A DNA stretch of 63,398 nt, from positions 1 through 63,398 of the forward strand of contig JACPIH010000002.1 of assembly GCA_016188155.1 (NCBI GenBank). Reading direction: 5' to 3'. The stretch is from Candidatus Woesearchaeota archaeon (lineage in GTDB: Archaea > Nanobdellota > Nanobdellia > Woesearchaeales > UBA10216). Position numbers and translations under genes: made by a program. Shown one piece after another: positions 7,978 to 18,196 of the stretch. The notes under the pieces are model-generated. The model did no database searches, was not told where the DNA came from, and saw only the letters and a program-made list of their open reading frames with translations. Within the stretch, counting starts at the first letter, position 1; each line of letters starts with the position of its first letter.

Positions 7978-10900
7978 TTAATTAAACGCCTCAGGAGGCC
8001 TTCCTCTCTGGTCCTGCTGTGGCTGTTGCCTGGACTGTTGGCCTCGCTGCGCCTCGTATTCCCTCACAATCTCTGCAGCTTCTTCCTCATCGGGCTTTGA
8101 AGAAGCAGCCCTCTTGCCGCCACCGCCGCCAAACTTCTTAAATGGGTTTGGGAGGCTGAAGCCGCCACCCATCCCACCGCCTTTCTTCTTGATAATAAAG
8201 AACACCCCACCTCCAACAGCTGCTGCAACAACTATAACGCCAATCACCACCAGAATTGTTGAGGAAAGGCCCTTGCCGCCAGGGCCCTTGCCTTTTCCTG
8301 TAGCGTTCTTTTCAGACTCGTTGCCAGCCAGCTGGCTGACATTTATTTCCGCAGACTCATTCCCAAGCTTCGCAAGCTTCTGCTCTTCAGGAGTTTTAAG
8401 CACAATGGCAAATATCGACAGCCCAGGCGAGGTTGCCGTAAAATAGTTGTACAGGACATCTGAGCGCGTGAAAGACGTGTCCAGGGAAGTCCAAAGGTCA
8501 TTGAAATAGCGCTGAAGCACGATATTCTTGACTGAGCCTGAGTTCTGGTCAAACCATTTCCTTTCAACCTTAAATTCAATCGTTACGTTAGAAATGTCAG
8601 CTTCCTTTATATTTGCCTTGTCAATCCTGATGTACTGGTAAACCTTGCCCTGAACATCGCGCTTCACCTTAGGAGCGCTGTCAAGCTTGGTAACAGTCAT
8701 TTCAGCACTCGTTGCTGAGTTGGCAATGGTGAAATCAATTGCCTTGAAGCCTATCTCATCCTTTGAAATTGTCATGGAGGCAGCACCGGCAGGGAGAACG
8801 TCCCACTTCTTTGAAACCTTAACGCCCTCGCTCACAGCAGGAGTGCCGCCACCGCCGCCTCCTCCGCCTCCACCAGAGGAGTCGCTGCTTCCAGTTGTAG
8901 CGGAGGTAGTAATATTGGCATAGTTGCCTGGGGTAAGGACTGAAAGGTTTACGTTGCCACCATCATCTGCAGTGACAACAGCAAAATGGTGCTTTGTTAC
9001 CTGGGAAAGCCCGGTAACCGTAGTTGAATTTGTTGCGGTTCCTGAGATGCTCTTGACAAAGGTTGTAAGGTTAGACAAGGTCACGTTGACCCCGCCAAGG
9101 TTAACAACAGACTGGTTAGCGTCAGAACGGTAGATGTAGTAAGTCAGGTTGTAAAAGTCAGCTCCGTTAAGGACGTCCTGGGTCACGTTAAGCCAAGTGA
9201 TGGTAACTGAAGTATCTGAAGCCGTAAGGGTAATATTTGCTGGCACCTTTGGAATGGCAGTATCATTAACGGTCACGTTGTAGCTGTTTGAAACGTTAAC
9301 CCCGCCGCCTAAAGAACTGTTCTGGAGGTTTCCGGTTGCGTCAACAGCAGCAACAGCGTAAAAGAAAACGCTGCCATTCAGCGTAGTGTTATCAATGTAG
9401 GTCTGTACGCCCTCGCCAATCCTGGCTGCAGACGTAAGGTTTGTGACGTTTATAACATAATTTATCCCGGAATAATTGGTAAGGTTATTCCAAAGCGTGC
9501 TGATGTTCGTAGCTGACCTGAAGATGATGTAGCCCTCGCCTGTCTCTCCAGGAACGTCTGTCCAGTTTATCATCACGTTGCCGCCAAGCGTTGCATTAAT
9601 TAAGATAAGCACAGGCGCCGCCGGAGGGGTAGTATCGCCGCCCTGCGGGCCACCCTCGCCATCAGAGAAATGCGGCAGGTTTACCCAAACATAGTTTGTA
9701 GTTGTGTTTACATAGCAAGTGGCATTCGTGGAGTTTCCGCCCTCACTGTTCGTGCAGGGCATGCCGCCAGAAGTTGTATTAAACCATCTCGTGTCATAAT
9801 CAGACCACTCTGACGGTATGCTTGAATTAGGGGTTTGGCTGCCATTCCACACCAACTGACCAGTGTCATCAAAAAGCCCGTTCATTGAAAAGTTAATGGG
9901 CTTTGAATCATCAAGGCGCGAATAATTGTAAGGAATGCCAACAAAAACCATGTCGTAAATGTTGGGTGCAGCGCTGCCAAACTTGAAGAACTCCTGATAT
10001 GAAGTGGTGTTGGTCTTTGTGCTCAAGGCACTATCGCTCATTGAAGCCTCAGGGGGGCCGGAAGCGAGCATGTCAACGCCGATGAAATAAACCTTCACGC
10101 CTGTAGTGTTAATCTCCATGAGCATGTTGACCTTTCCTGTTGCCATGACCTTCAGCGGGTTAAACCCGCCAGCGTCAAAGTCATCCTTGAACAGCCTGCA
10201 GCTGTCAATACTGGCATTAAACACGTTGCAGGCATCGCTGTTCCTCATGAAGGTAAGCCTGAACTGCCCTGCCTTGCTGCCAGAGAAATCCTCAAAGCTG
10301 CCGTTGGCATGGAACTTCCTGGGCTTGAAGGCATTCAGCGTGACCTTGATTATGCCATTCTGCTCTTTTGAAGCGTTAGTCACGTTGAGCTTGAACTTGA
10401 GAGGGGCAAATTGCCTGTTGAAAACCAGCACGGTAGCGTTGCTGCCGTTAAGGATTGGGAGGCTTATTATTCCGCCACTTAGCTGGTCAACCATGTAACG
10501 GAACGTTGGAAAATTCGTCTTATGGCCAACCATGTCAACCTTGATTTCGACATGCGCGTCATCCAGAGGCAGGCCGTTTGCGTCGCTGATGTTTACCCTG
10601 ATGAAGCTGGTGTTAAGGGCCGTTGAACCGCCGCTGCTAATGCTTGAATAATTGCCAGCTAGCCGTTTCAATGTCAGGTTGTGGGCGATATTCCCTGTTA
10701 CTGTGAAGTTGCTGAAATAAGCAAAGTATTCACCCATGCCTGAGCTGGTTGCGGTCGTATTTGCGCCGTAAATCTCGATAATCTGGTAAATGCCGGCTGC
10801 AGAGCCCAAAACAGTTGCGCTGAAGTTGGCAACGTAATTGCCACCGCCTGGTGTTTGGTTTATTGCAGTACCGCCGGGAATCTGCAGGTCAGAGTTTGGA

Positions 10901-11790
10901 GGCACCAGTCCAGCAAGGCCGAGCTTGACAACAATCTGGGTGACGTTAACAGCCGTTGAGTTACTGCCATCAACTGTTATGTTGCCCGAAATAATGTTCA
11001 GCGTGAATGCCAGGCTCTTGTTAAAGCTGATGACAAAGTCGCTACTTGAATAGTTTGACGCGTTCTGGACAGATATTGTCTGGGGCGGCAAGGCAAGGTT
11101 AAAGGGGTCAGGGTCGCCGGGGTTAAATTGCGGCGGCCGCATCATCATAATAGTATAGTTCTTAGCCCTTGGCACAACAATGGAAGTGTTGAAGCGGAGG
11201 GTTCTAAAGTCCTCAGAAATAGGAAAACCCAACGCGTCATCAAAGACGAGGTTGCTGAAATTAACCATGGCAGAGCCATTCCATGCTGTAAGGTTCAAAG
11301 TGACAGCAGGCTGAAGGTAAAGGGTGCTGTTGTCCATGAACGCCAGCAATGCACCCATCGGAACAGGAGGGAGCGAAGGACCGATTTCCCATGCGTTCAG
11401 GGTTGAAACGTTGTAAGCCACAACAGTCATAGTGTATAAGGTGAAACAGTTGCCAGAACTAACACCAAGACTGAAAGAGCCGTTATTTGAGCTCGTGTTC
11501 GTATGGTTAACGAATACCCTCTGGGGCTCGCCAAACTGGGAGAAGCTCATGTTGTAAATGGAAATGTTAACATTAGTGCCCCACATGGTTGCATTTGAGG
11601 TTGCGTTGTTGAAGCTGCTGTTAAGAACTGTCCCACGAAGGACAAAAGGACCTGACGTGCAAGGGGGAGGGCCATCCTGGCCGCTGCCAAAAGAGCTGAA
11701 CAACAGAATCAACACAGCAGCAAAAACTGCCAGCGCAGCAACAGCAGCCACTGAAAGACCTATAAGCTTGCCAGCCTTACTCATAACCAT
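7978..11790 (-). CDS. Large membrane-anchored surface glycoprotein with FN3/Ig-like domains and a PGF-pre-PGF domain
   Basis: N-terminal signal/TM, very many N-x-S/T sequons, DTTPPAAP..W.DV FN3-like modules and a poly-Gly linker. VQGKVYQY..SPGLSIFAIV marks the PGF-pre-PGF-like domain. C-terminal TM, basic cluster and Q-rich cytoplasmic tail. Confidence 0.75.
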   Translation of the reverse strand: MVMSKAGKLIGLSVAAVAALAVFAAVLILLFSSFGSGQDGPPPCTSGPFVLRGTVLNSSFNNATSNATMWGTNVNISIYNMSFSQFGEPQRVFVNHTNTSSNNGSFSLGVSSGNCFTLYTMTVVAYNVSTLNAWEIGPSLPPVPMGALLAFMDNSTLYLQPAVTLNLTAWNGSAMVNFSNLVFDDALGFPISEDFRTLRFNTSIVVPRAKNYTIMMMRPPQFNPGDPDPFNLALPPQTISVQNASNYSSSDFVISFNKSLAFTLNIISGNITVDGSNSTAVNVTQIVVKLGLAGLVPPNSDLQIPGGTAINQTPGGGNYVANFSATVLGSAAGIYQIIEIYGANTTATSSGMGEYFAYFSNFTVTGNIAHNLTLKRLAGNYSSISSGGSTALNTSFIRVNISDANGLPLDDAHVEIKVDMVGHKTNFPTFRYMVDQLSGGIISLPILNGSNATVLVFNRQFAPLKFKLNVTNASKEQNGIIKVTLNAFKPRKFHANGSFEDFSGSKAGQFRLTFMRNSDACNVFNASIDSCRLFKDDFDAGGFNPLKVMATGKVNMLMEINTTGVKVYFIGVDMLASGPPEASMSDSALSTKTNTTSYQEFFKFGSAAPNIYDMVFVGIPYNYSRLDDSKPINFSMNGLFDDTGQLVWNGSQTPNSSIPSEWSDYDTRWFNTTSGGMPCTNSEGGNSTNATCYVNTTTNYVWVNLPHFSDGEGGPQGGDTTPPAAPVLILINATLGGNVMINWTDVPGETGEGYIIFRSATNISTLWNNLTNYSGINYVINVTNLTSAARIGEGVQTYIDNTTLNGSVFFYAVAAVDATGNLQNSSLGGGVNVSNSYNVTVNDTAIPKVPANITLTASDTSVTITWLNVTQDVLNGADFYNLTYYIYRSDANQSVVNLGGVNVTLSNLTTFVKSISGTATNSTTVTGLSQVTKHHFAVVTADDGGNVNLSVLTPGNYANITTSATTGSSDSSGGGGGGGGGGTPAVSEGVKVSKKWDVLPAGAASMTISKDEIGFKAIDFTIANSATSAEMTVTKLDSAPKVKRDVQGKVYQYIRIDKANIKEADISNVTIEFKVERKWFDQNSGSVKNIVLQRYFNDLWTSLDTSFTRSDVLYNYFTATSPGLSIFAIVLKTPEEQKLAKLGNESAEINVSQLAGNESEKNATGKGKGPGGKGLSSTILVVIGVIVVAAAVGGGVFFIIKKKGGGMGGGFSLPNPFKKFGGGGGKRAASSKPDEEEAAEIVREYEAQRGQQSRQQPQQDQRGRPPEAFN

Positions 11791-11869
11791 AAAACGCCTC
11801 TTTCACACCTTTTTCCAACCAATAAACTGCAGAAACCGTATTTAAAGGTTTCTACAAAAAAGCCTTAAA

Positions 11870-14800
11870 TTACCTACGCCCTCTTCTAGATGACTCAGAA
11901 ACGAACTCGCTGATTCTTTCCTTTTCCCTCAATCTTCTGAAGATAATGAAAAACAGGATGATGAAAAAGAGCAAAACAGCAGCTGCAAAAGCTGCGGCAA
12001 GCCTGGCGTTACTTCCCGAAATTATTGAAGGCCTTCCAGGCTGCACAGCAGGCTGAGAAACGTTCGTTGACTCATTGGCAACCTTATGCTTAGCGGGAAC
12101 CGAAACGGTCCTGTTCACAGCAGCCTGCTCAGGAACAGCCTCTGCCGCAACAGCAAAAAGCGAGAACGCCGGAAGCTCAGCAGAGTAATAGTAATAAGAG
12201 CTGTCCTCGCCAATCAAAACAATCATCATCCTGTCCCAGGAACCGGCAGAGTGCCTCAGCAGGGAAACCCCTTTGGGCTTAAAGCTGTTCTGAACCAGCC
12301 ACAACTTTGGAACACGGAACTCAACGCCTGCATCAGCGATGTCAAGGAATGTGAGCTTTGTTGTCACGGAGAGATACTGGTAAGCCCTCAACCCAGGCAA
12401 AGGCATGCCTGCAATACCTGACTCGTTAACAATCTCAACGTCAACATTTATGTTGGATAGCGAAGACGCTGCGGTAAAGCGCAGCTTGGTAAATGAGATT
12501 GAAGAGCGGTTGATTTTCATAATGGCGGTATCGCCCTCCTTAATAGCCGTGAACAGCTGAGACGCCCTGCTTGCAGAGCCGCCTGTGCCTCCAGCACTGC
12601 CGCCACCACCGCCACCTCCGCTGCTTCCTGCACCTTGGACTGACGGACAGACAGCATCAGAACCTGAACAATCCTCATCAATGCCATTCCCGCACGTGTC
12701 AGCTGCGCCAGGGTTAATGCCTGAGTTACTGTCGTCGCAGTCATTACCGCTGCCGCAACTGGAAACGTAATAGTTGTCAGCATCTGAGTCAGCGCACTGC
12801 TCCTTCGCCGCAGTAAAGTTAGCGCCGGTAATTTTGTAATAAGCGCCATTATCAACCAAGGAGCAGTTGTAGCTGCCGCTAACGCCCGGGCAACTAACCA
12901 GCGTTTCATTGGCGCCGTTGCAGCTGAAGCTGATGTTGCCGAATGAGGAAACGTCAGCATCCTTTATGCAGGTGCTGTTAATCGTGTTGTTGAGCTTGCT
13001 TAGCGTTATGTTCTTGGCCTGCCCGGGCTGGAGGCGCAGCCCCTTTACTATTATGCCGCCAAAGGACGATGTTAAATTCTGTACGTCAACAGTAAAATTA
13101 AGCGAAAGGTTGCTGAGGCTGAAGTTCCAGTAAAACTCCACCAAGGGGCGGCTGCCGTTCGTAATATTAACAAAGAAGGTGCCATTTAGAAGCCTTGACA
13201 TGTTTGTTGTGCCGTTGACTGTTACATTAAAAGCGGCTGCGGCGAGAGTTGATGAGTTGATGCTCGTTATATTTCCAACTATTGAATCATCACCATCAGC
13301 AACGCCGTCATTATCATCATCAGAGTCGTAAATGTCAGGAATGCCATCACCGTCAAAATCATGTCTGTCAATCACTGTAACGTTGAAAAAGCCGATGCTT
13401 GAGCTGCCGAAGTCTGTAACGTTCACCCTGAACTGGTAAGTGCCTGAGTCAGAAAGATTAGTTTTCCAGCTGAAGTTTGCAGCAGACTGGTTCCTTGTTG
13501 TAAAGTTAAACCTGGCAGTGTCGTTGACTGTAAAATTGAGGAAGTCATTCTCAGCATCATCAGCAACTGCCGTGATATTGGCAAAGTCCGTCTCATTAAC
13601 CGTAATGTTGCTGATTGTGAACAGCATTGGAGTGTCGTTAACGGGGGTGATATTGACGAAAATAAACTCAGAGGCGTTAGCCAAGCCATCTGAGGCGTTA
13701 ATTGCGAGGTAGAAAATGCCGGAAAAGTTACCGGCTCCGGAAAGGTTAAATGTTATGTTCCCTGCTGTGGCGTTGATTGTAAAGTTCACTGTGTTATTGA
13801 TGAAGTAAGTTATTGAGTCATTATCCAAGTCAGCAGCAACGACCGTGAAATTTAGCGGTGTATCCTCAGCAGATGTTTGATTCACAAGAGCAGCCCAAAC
13901 AGGAGCCCTGTTCGTGTTATTAACAATCAATGTCCAGTTAATCTGCGTTGAGAGGCCGCCGTCCGAAAGAACTGCTGTGATGTTGTAGGTGCCGTTCCTC
14001 TGCTGCGCTGCCTGCGTGAAGTTGCCGAGGAACGTGAAATTGGTATTCCTGGCAGCTGCCTGAATGGTTCCGTTTACATACCAGTCAACAGTCAATGCGT
14101 CATTTTCAACATCAGTAAATGTGAGGTTGAAGGTTTGGTTATTTGGCTCTGCAACGTTGGGTGCAATGCTGGAAGGCAGAAACGTGTCAATCCTTGGAGG
14201 TGTGTTGTTTACCTGAACTGTCCTAAGCTCTGAGACGCCCAGGCGGTTGTTGGAATCATTGCCCCAGACCCTGTAGGTTATCACGCCAAGGCTGCTGGAG
14301 CTGTGATTCCTAGCCCAGTTAAGGGCTGAACCGTTCTGGACCATGCTGTAGTTGACGACGTGGGTATTGTTGTTCCACTCTAACAATGCAGAAGCCAAAA
14401 CCTCGTTGCTGGTGATGTTGACAAAGACGTTGGCTGAAGAAACGTTGGTGTTATTGGCAGGTGTCGGTGCAACAATGGTGATGTTCGGAGGGTCAGTGTC
14501 CAGGTAAAGAAGGGCCTTGTAAACGTTTATTCGCGCGAACTGTATGCCGCTGCCGCCAGTGTCTGTGAGGTTAACGCCGGTTGTGTTCAGCGCCAAGAAC
14601 GCGTCATTTGGGCTAATGTTCAAGCCAGTTGTAAGCTTCTTGAACTGGGCTAAAAGCGCAATGGCTCCTGAAACGTGAGGGGCAGCCATTGAAGTGCCGT
14701 CCTTTGAAGTGAAGCCGCCCTGGTAGTTGACAGACGTTATGCCGGTACCAGGCGCAAGCAGGTCTGTAATGTTGTTGCGGTTGTAAGGCGAGAAACCGTC

Positions 14801-15796
14801 AGACTTTGTTGTGGAACTGACGGCGGTAGCGTTTTTTATGCAGGCAGGAGCGCTCAGGTTTGTGGTAGAGCCTGCATTGCCGGCAGACACAACCACAGAG
14901 ATGTTTCTCACCACAGCGTCGTCAATAGGCCTGCGGAAAATACCCAGTGGGTTATCATTGTCACAGTACGTGTTGAGCGTCTGAGTGCTGCCAATGCTCA
15001 TGCTTATTACAGAAATATTAAACCTTGAAGCGTTGTTAACGCACCAGTCAATGCCTGATATTATATCGTCGCTTCCACAGTTTGCCGGGTTACCATCATC
15101 ACAAGCCTTGATGGCAATTAGCGAGGCATTGGGAGCCATTCCGCGGTAAGTGCTGTCAGTGGACGCTATTATGCCCCCCACGTGGCTGCCGTGGCCTTGA
15201 TTGTCCATGGGGTCAGAGTCGCTGTTCACAAAGTCATAACCAGAAGGCACCTTGGCACAGTTGCCATTTGCAAAGTCAGTCATGGTGCAGCCGCCAAGCG
15301 CAGCGTGGGTGTAGTTTATGCCTGTGTCAATCACACACACGCTTATGCCTGTGCCTGTGAGGTTGGTGGCGTTGTAAACAAGCCTGTTGACAACGGTCGC
15401 ATTCAGAAGCGGGCCGCTGCCGTCAAGGGCTGTCTGGAGCACTATGTTCTCGTAAACCTCCAGGTTGGGATCAGACCTAAGGCGCTCATACGCTGCACGG
15501 CTCACAGTAGCAGTAAAGCCATCAAAAGAGCTAAAGCGGTGCTTCTCTAGAACTTCGCCTTTAGGAATTGACTGTAGGACAGACTCAGCATTAACAGACG
15601 CAGAAACCGGAATAAAGCCCCTTACAAGCTTCGTTTCCTTAGCCCCTTCTTTCGCGTAAACTATGACCTTGACAGGAGCCTCAGGGGATGCTGAGACAGC
15701 TGAAAAAAGCTTCCCAAACAGGACAGCAGCCGCAACTACAGCCACAAGCAAAACAAGAAGCCTCAAAACCGCTTTACTGCCCAATTTTCCGAACAC
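11870..15796 (-). CDS. Cell-surface S8 (subtilisin-like) serine protease with cadherin/Ig-like, TSP3-like and MopE-like metal-binding motifs, PGF-pre-PGF domain and C-terminal TM
   Basis: Catalytic triad VIDTG / HGSHVGG / GTSMAAPHVSG and oxyanion SAGN, with an I9-like propeptide. Also DFDGDGIPDIYDSDDDNDG, DCDDSNSGINPGAADTCGNGIDEDC and LPAFSLFAV. GTG start. Confidence 0.88.
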   Translation of the reverse strand: MFGKLGSKAVLRLLVLLVAVVAAAVLFGKLFSAVSASPEAPVKVIVYAKEGAKETKLVRGFIPVSASVNAESVLQSIPKGEVLEKHRFSSFDGFTATVSRAAYERLRSDPNLEVYENIVLQTALDGSGPLLNATVVNRLVYNATNLTGTGISVCVIDTGINYTHAALGGCTMTDFANGNCAKVPSGYDFVNSDSDPMDNQGHGSHVGGIIASTDSTYRGMAPNASLIAIKACDDGNPANCGSDDIISGIDWCVNNASRFNISVISMSIGSTQTLNTYCDNDNPLGIFRRPIDDAVVRNISVVVSAGNAGSTTNLSAPACIKNATAVSSTTKSDGFSPYNRNNITDLLAPGTGITSVNYQGGFTSKDGTSMAAPHVSGAIALLAQFKKLTTGLNISPNDAFLALNTTGVNLTDTGGSGIQFARINVYKALLYLDTDPPNITIVAPTPANNTNVSSANVFVNITSNEVLASALLEWNNNTHVVNYSMVQNGSALNWARNHSSSSLGVITYRVWGNDSNNRLGVSELRTVQVNNTPPRIDTFLPSSIAPNVAEPNNQTFNLTFTDVENDALTVDWYVNGTIQAAARNTNFTFLGNFTQAAQQRNGTYNITAVLSDGGLSTQINWTLIVNNTNRAPVWAALVNQTSAEDTPLNFTVVAADLDNDSITYFINNTVNFTINATAGNITFNLSGAGNFSGIFYLAINASDGLANASEFIFVNITPVNDTPMLFTISNITVNETDFANITAVADDAENDFLNFTVNDTARFNFTTRNQSAANFSWKTNLSDSGTYQFRVNVTDFGSSSIGFFNVTVIDRHDFDGDGIPDIYDSDDDNDGVADGDDSIVGNITSINSSTLAAAAFNVTVNGTTNMSRLLNGTFFVNITNGSRPLVEFYWNFSLSNLSLNFTVDVQNLTSSFGGIIVKGLRLQPGQAKNITLSKLNNTINSTCIKDADVSSFGNISFSCNGANETLVSCPGVSGSYNCSLVDNGAYYKITGANFTAAKEQCADSDADNYYVSSCGSGNDCDDSNSGINPGAADTCGNGIDEDCSGSDAVCPSVQGAGSSGGGGGGGSAGGTGGSASRASQLFTAIKEGDTAIMKINRSSISFTKLRFTAASSLSNINVDVEIVNESGIAGMPLPGLRAYQYLSVTTKLTFLDIADAGVEFRVPKLWLVQNSFKPKGVSLLRHSAGSWDRMMIVLIGEDSSYYYYSAELPAFSLFAVAAEAVPEQAAVNRTVSVPAKHKVANESTNVSQPAVQPGRPSIISGSNARLAAAFAAAVLLFFIILFFIIFRRLREKERISEFVSESSRRGRR

Positions 15797-15850
15797 CTGA
15801 TTAGAAAAGTGAACAGTTGTTTATATTTTATGCGCTTTAAAACAGAAAAG

Positions 15851-15917
15851 CTTATATACCAAATATGGCACTTAAGTACTAAAAATGGTACTTAAGAACC
15901 AAAAATGGGACAAAATC
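15851..15917 (+). promoter_or_regulatory. TATA box and three tandem 20-bp operator-like repeats over the MNT start
   Basis: CTTATATA at 15851-15858. Repeats accaaatatggcacttaagt / actaaaaatggtacttaaga / accaaaaatgggacaaaatc at 15858-15917. Inverted pair CTTAAGTAC / GTACTTAAG at 15871-15879 / 15888-15896. Confidence 0.65.
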
Positions 15918-16394
15918 TTGTGGCTGCTGTTTGAGCACCCGGGAAAGAGATTCACTATAAGGCAGATTGCCAGCAAGACAGGAATCCCCCCCTCAAGCGT
16001 TCAAAGGTACGTAAAAGAGATAAGGAAAGAAGGGCTGGTGGCAAGCGATAACAGGGCTGCCAGCAGCCAGTATGCAAAGTTCATAAAAGCCGCGTTCATG
16101 ATAGATAAACTTTTTCAGTCAGGACTTATAGAATATCTGGATAAAAAGCTCTCGCCCTCGGCCGTAATAGTCTTCGGAAGCGCGAGAAAAGGGGAGTACG
16201 ATCAGGATAGCGACGTAGACGTCTTCGTAGAAACAACGAAAGAAGCAAAGGTTGAGCTGCAAGAATTTGAAAAAAAGATTGGACATTCAATACAGCTGTT
16301 CGCAGAGAAGGATATCAACAGCCTGCCGCCGCACCTGCTCAATAACGTGGTAAACGGCATGAAGCTTACAGGCTACTTCAAGGTGAGAAAATGA
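15885..16394 (+). CDS. HTH-fused minimal nucleotidyltransferase (MNT antitoxin)
   Basis: N-terminal wHTH (FTIRQIASKTGIPPSSVQRYVKEI) and GS-x10-DxD motif (GSARKGEYDQDSDVD). ATGA overlap with the next gene. Confidence 0.88.
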   Translation: MVLKNQKWDKILWLLFEHPGKRFTIRQIASKTGIPPSSVQRYVKEIRKEGLVASDNRAASSQYAKFIKAAFMIDKLFQSGLIEYLDKKLSPSAVIVFGSARKGEYDQDSDVDVFVETTKEAKVELQEFEKKIGHSIQLFAEKDINSLPPHLLNNVVNGMKLTGYFKVRK

Positions 16395-16819
16395 CTGACA
16401 TCATGGACTGGAAAGACTGCGAGGAAGGCTTTATCAGGCAGGTAGAAGCCGATAAAGAAAAAATAGAGTCGGTAATTGAAACTGCTGAAGCGAGGCTGAA
16501 GTTCCTAAAGGGCCTGCAAGCTGACAAGAATAACAGCTCGTTCATAGTAGAAGGATATTACGAGGTAATTAAGGAACTGCTAGTTGCGCTTCTCCTGTCA
16601 AAAGGGCTTCGCTCCAAAAACCACCAGTGCCTCATTTCCTACTTTTACCGCACTTATCCGGAATATGAAGCAGAAGCTTACCTGATAGCGCAAATGAGCT
16701 ACTTAAGGAACAGGCTTGACTATTACGGCGAAGGGATAGACTTTCTGTTTTACGAGAAAAACAAGGAGGAGTTTAACAAAATAGCGGAGTTGCTGAAAAG
16801 GCTTAATCAGGAGAAGTAG
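16391..16819 (+). CDS. HEPN domain protein (COG1895-like), partner of the MNT
   Basis: All-helical 142-aa protein with YY..IKELL.ALL..KG..SKNHQCL and LRNRLDY motifs. Coupled to the MNT gene. Confidence 0.8.
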   Translation: MTDIMDWKDCEEGFIRQVEADKEKIESVIETAEARLKFLKGLQADKNNSSFIVEGYYEVIKELLVALLLSKGLRSKNHQCLISYFYRTYPEYEAEAYLIAQMSYLRNRLDYYGEGIDFLFYEKNKEEFNKIAELLKRLNQEK

Positions 16820-16830
16820 ATCGCGATGCC

Positions 16831-18150
16831 TCACTTCATCGGCTTTTTCCTGGTTTTTATGAAGAGCCATCCCGCAACAACCAACAGGGCAACAATAACA
16901 GTCAAGGCAGCTGTGCTGACTGGCGTGGGCTTCTTAACCTCCTTCGGAAGGGCAGTTTCCACCTTCCCTTTTTCAGGAACTGCCGGGGCTGCAGGAGGCT
17001 GCACAGAAGGAACTGCCTCTGCCCGTCCCTGGACGCCAACAGTGGTTGTTCCTACGTTCCTGATGTCCTTGTTTACTGTGTAGCTAAGGTCCTTTGTAGT
17101 GCCCTTACTGACTTGCGAGAAGAACCACTTGACAACAGGGTCTGCCTCAAGCACTTGCGGCTTTTCGCCCTTAAAAGTGACCTGGTTAACGTTGCTGGCA
17201 GCAGCCTTGGGAATGACCTCAACGACCTCAACGTTCTTCAAGTCCTGGTTTCCAGGAGCAGTAATCGCTAGCTTGACAACCGAGACAATGATTTCTTCTT
17301 TAGTGACTGTGTTAGTTGCCTTGACCACTTCTATGGTCTTCTTAACAGACACCGCGGTTGCTCCGCCACTGGAAACAGCTTCCTGGATTGCGTTCAGAGC
17401 CTGCTTGGCTTCCTCTGTCTTAGCCAAATAGTCAACTGCGTACTCAATGGCTGAGGCAGCTGCCGCAGAACTGATAGGAACGGTCTTTATTTCAGGGGCA
17501 GCAACAGTGGTAATCTTAACGTTTCCCGCAGCATCAGCTTCCTTGAACGACTCGGGCAACGCCTCTTTCACAACATCCTTGGTATCCTGAGAAGGAGCAG
17601 GAGCAGGAGCAGGAGCTGCTGCACCGCCGCCACCGCCACCTCCGCTGCTTCCACCGCCACCTGTATCGGTTGTAGTGGTTGCTGCGCAGGTTGACTTGCA
17701 AGTGCCGCTTGATGTAGAGCTGTTAACCTGGGTCGTTCCGGAGCAGCAGACTGTACTTGAACAGGCGTTGCTGTAGCTGCAGGTGCCATCGTTGGCAACA
17801 AGCGAAACAGACAGGTTTGTGTTGTTGATTAAAATGTTACTGCACGTCCGCCATGTGGCGTTAATGCCCCATACCTTAAGGAAAGCTACGCTGCCAGAGG
17901 CACATTCAAAATCAAGGATATACCTGCCACTTCCAACAGAGTCTGGTTCTGAGCCAACCGTGTACGATGCTGCGGGGGAAGAAGCGCTCCCTATAAATGC
18001 ATCAACAACCGAGCCGTTTGCAGGAGCTCCTCCAATAGTGGCATTGCCTATAAAGGTGTTAATCTTCTCCTGGGCTGACACGCTTAATGATAGAAACAAT
18101 GACAAGCTCAAAATAAGGATTATTAATGCGAAATTTTTAGCTTTACCCAT
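16831..18150 (-). CDS. Membrane-anchored surface protein (signal peptide, Cys-containing N-terminal domain, Gly/Ala-Pro linker, C-terminal TM)
   Basis: Signal MGKAKNFALIILIL.., GSSGGGGGG linker, VEVVEVIPK..VVKWFF..DLSYTV beta domain and TM followed by KTRKK. Confidence 0.7.
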   Translation of the reverse strand: MGKAKNFALIILILSLSLFLSLSVSAQEKINTFIGNATIGGAPANGSVVDAFIGSASSPAASYTVGSEPDSVGSGRYILDFECASGSVAFLKVWGINATWRTCSNILINNTNLSVSLVANDGTCSYSNACSSTVCCSGTTQVNSSTSSGTCKSTCAATTTTDTGGGGSSGGGGGGGAAAPAPAPAPSQDTKDVVKEALPESFKEADAAGNVKITTVAAPEIKTVPISSAAAASAIEYAVDYLAKTEEAKQALNAIQEAVSSGGATAVSVKKTIEVVKATNTVTKEEIIVSVVKLAITAPGNQDLKNVEVVEVIPKAAASNVNQVTFKGEKPQVLEADPVVKWFFSQVSKGTTKDLSYTVNKDIRNVGTTTVGVQGRAEAVPSVQPPAAPAVPEKGKVETALPKEVKKPTPVSTAALTVIVALLVVAGWLFIKTRKKPMK

Positions 18151-18196
18151 GCAGATTCCCCTACTATGCCAAAGATAGAAGCTATTATTTATATTT

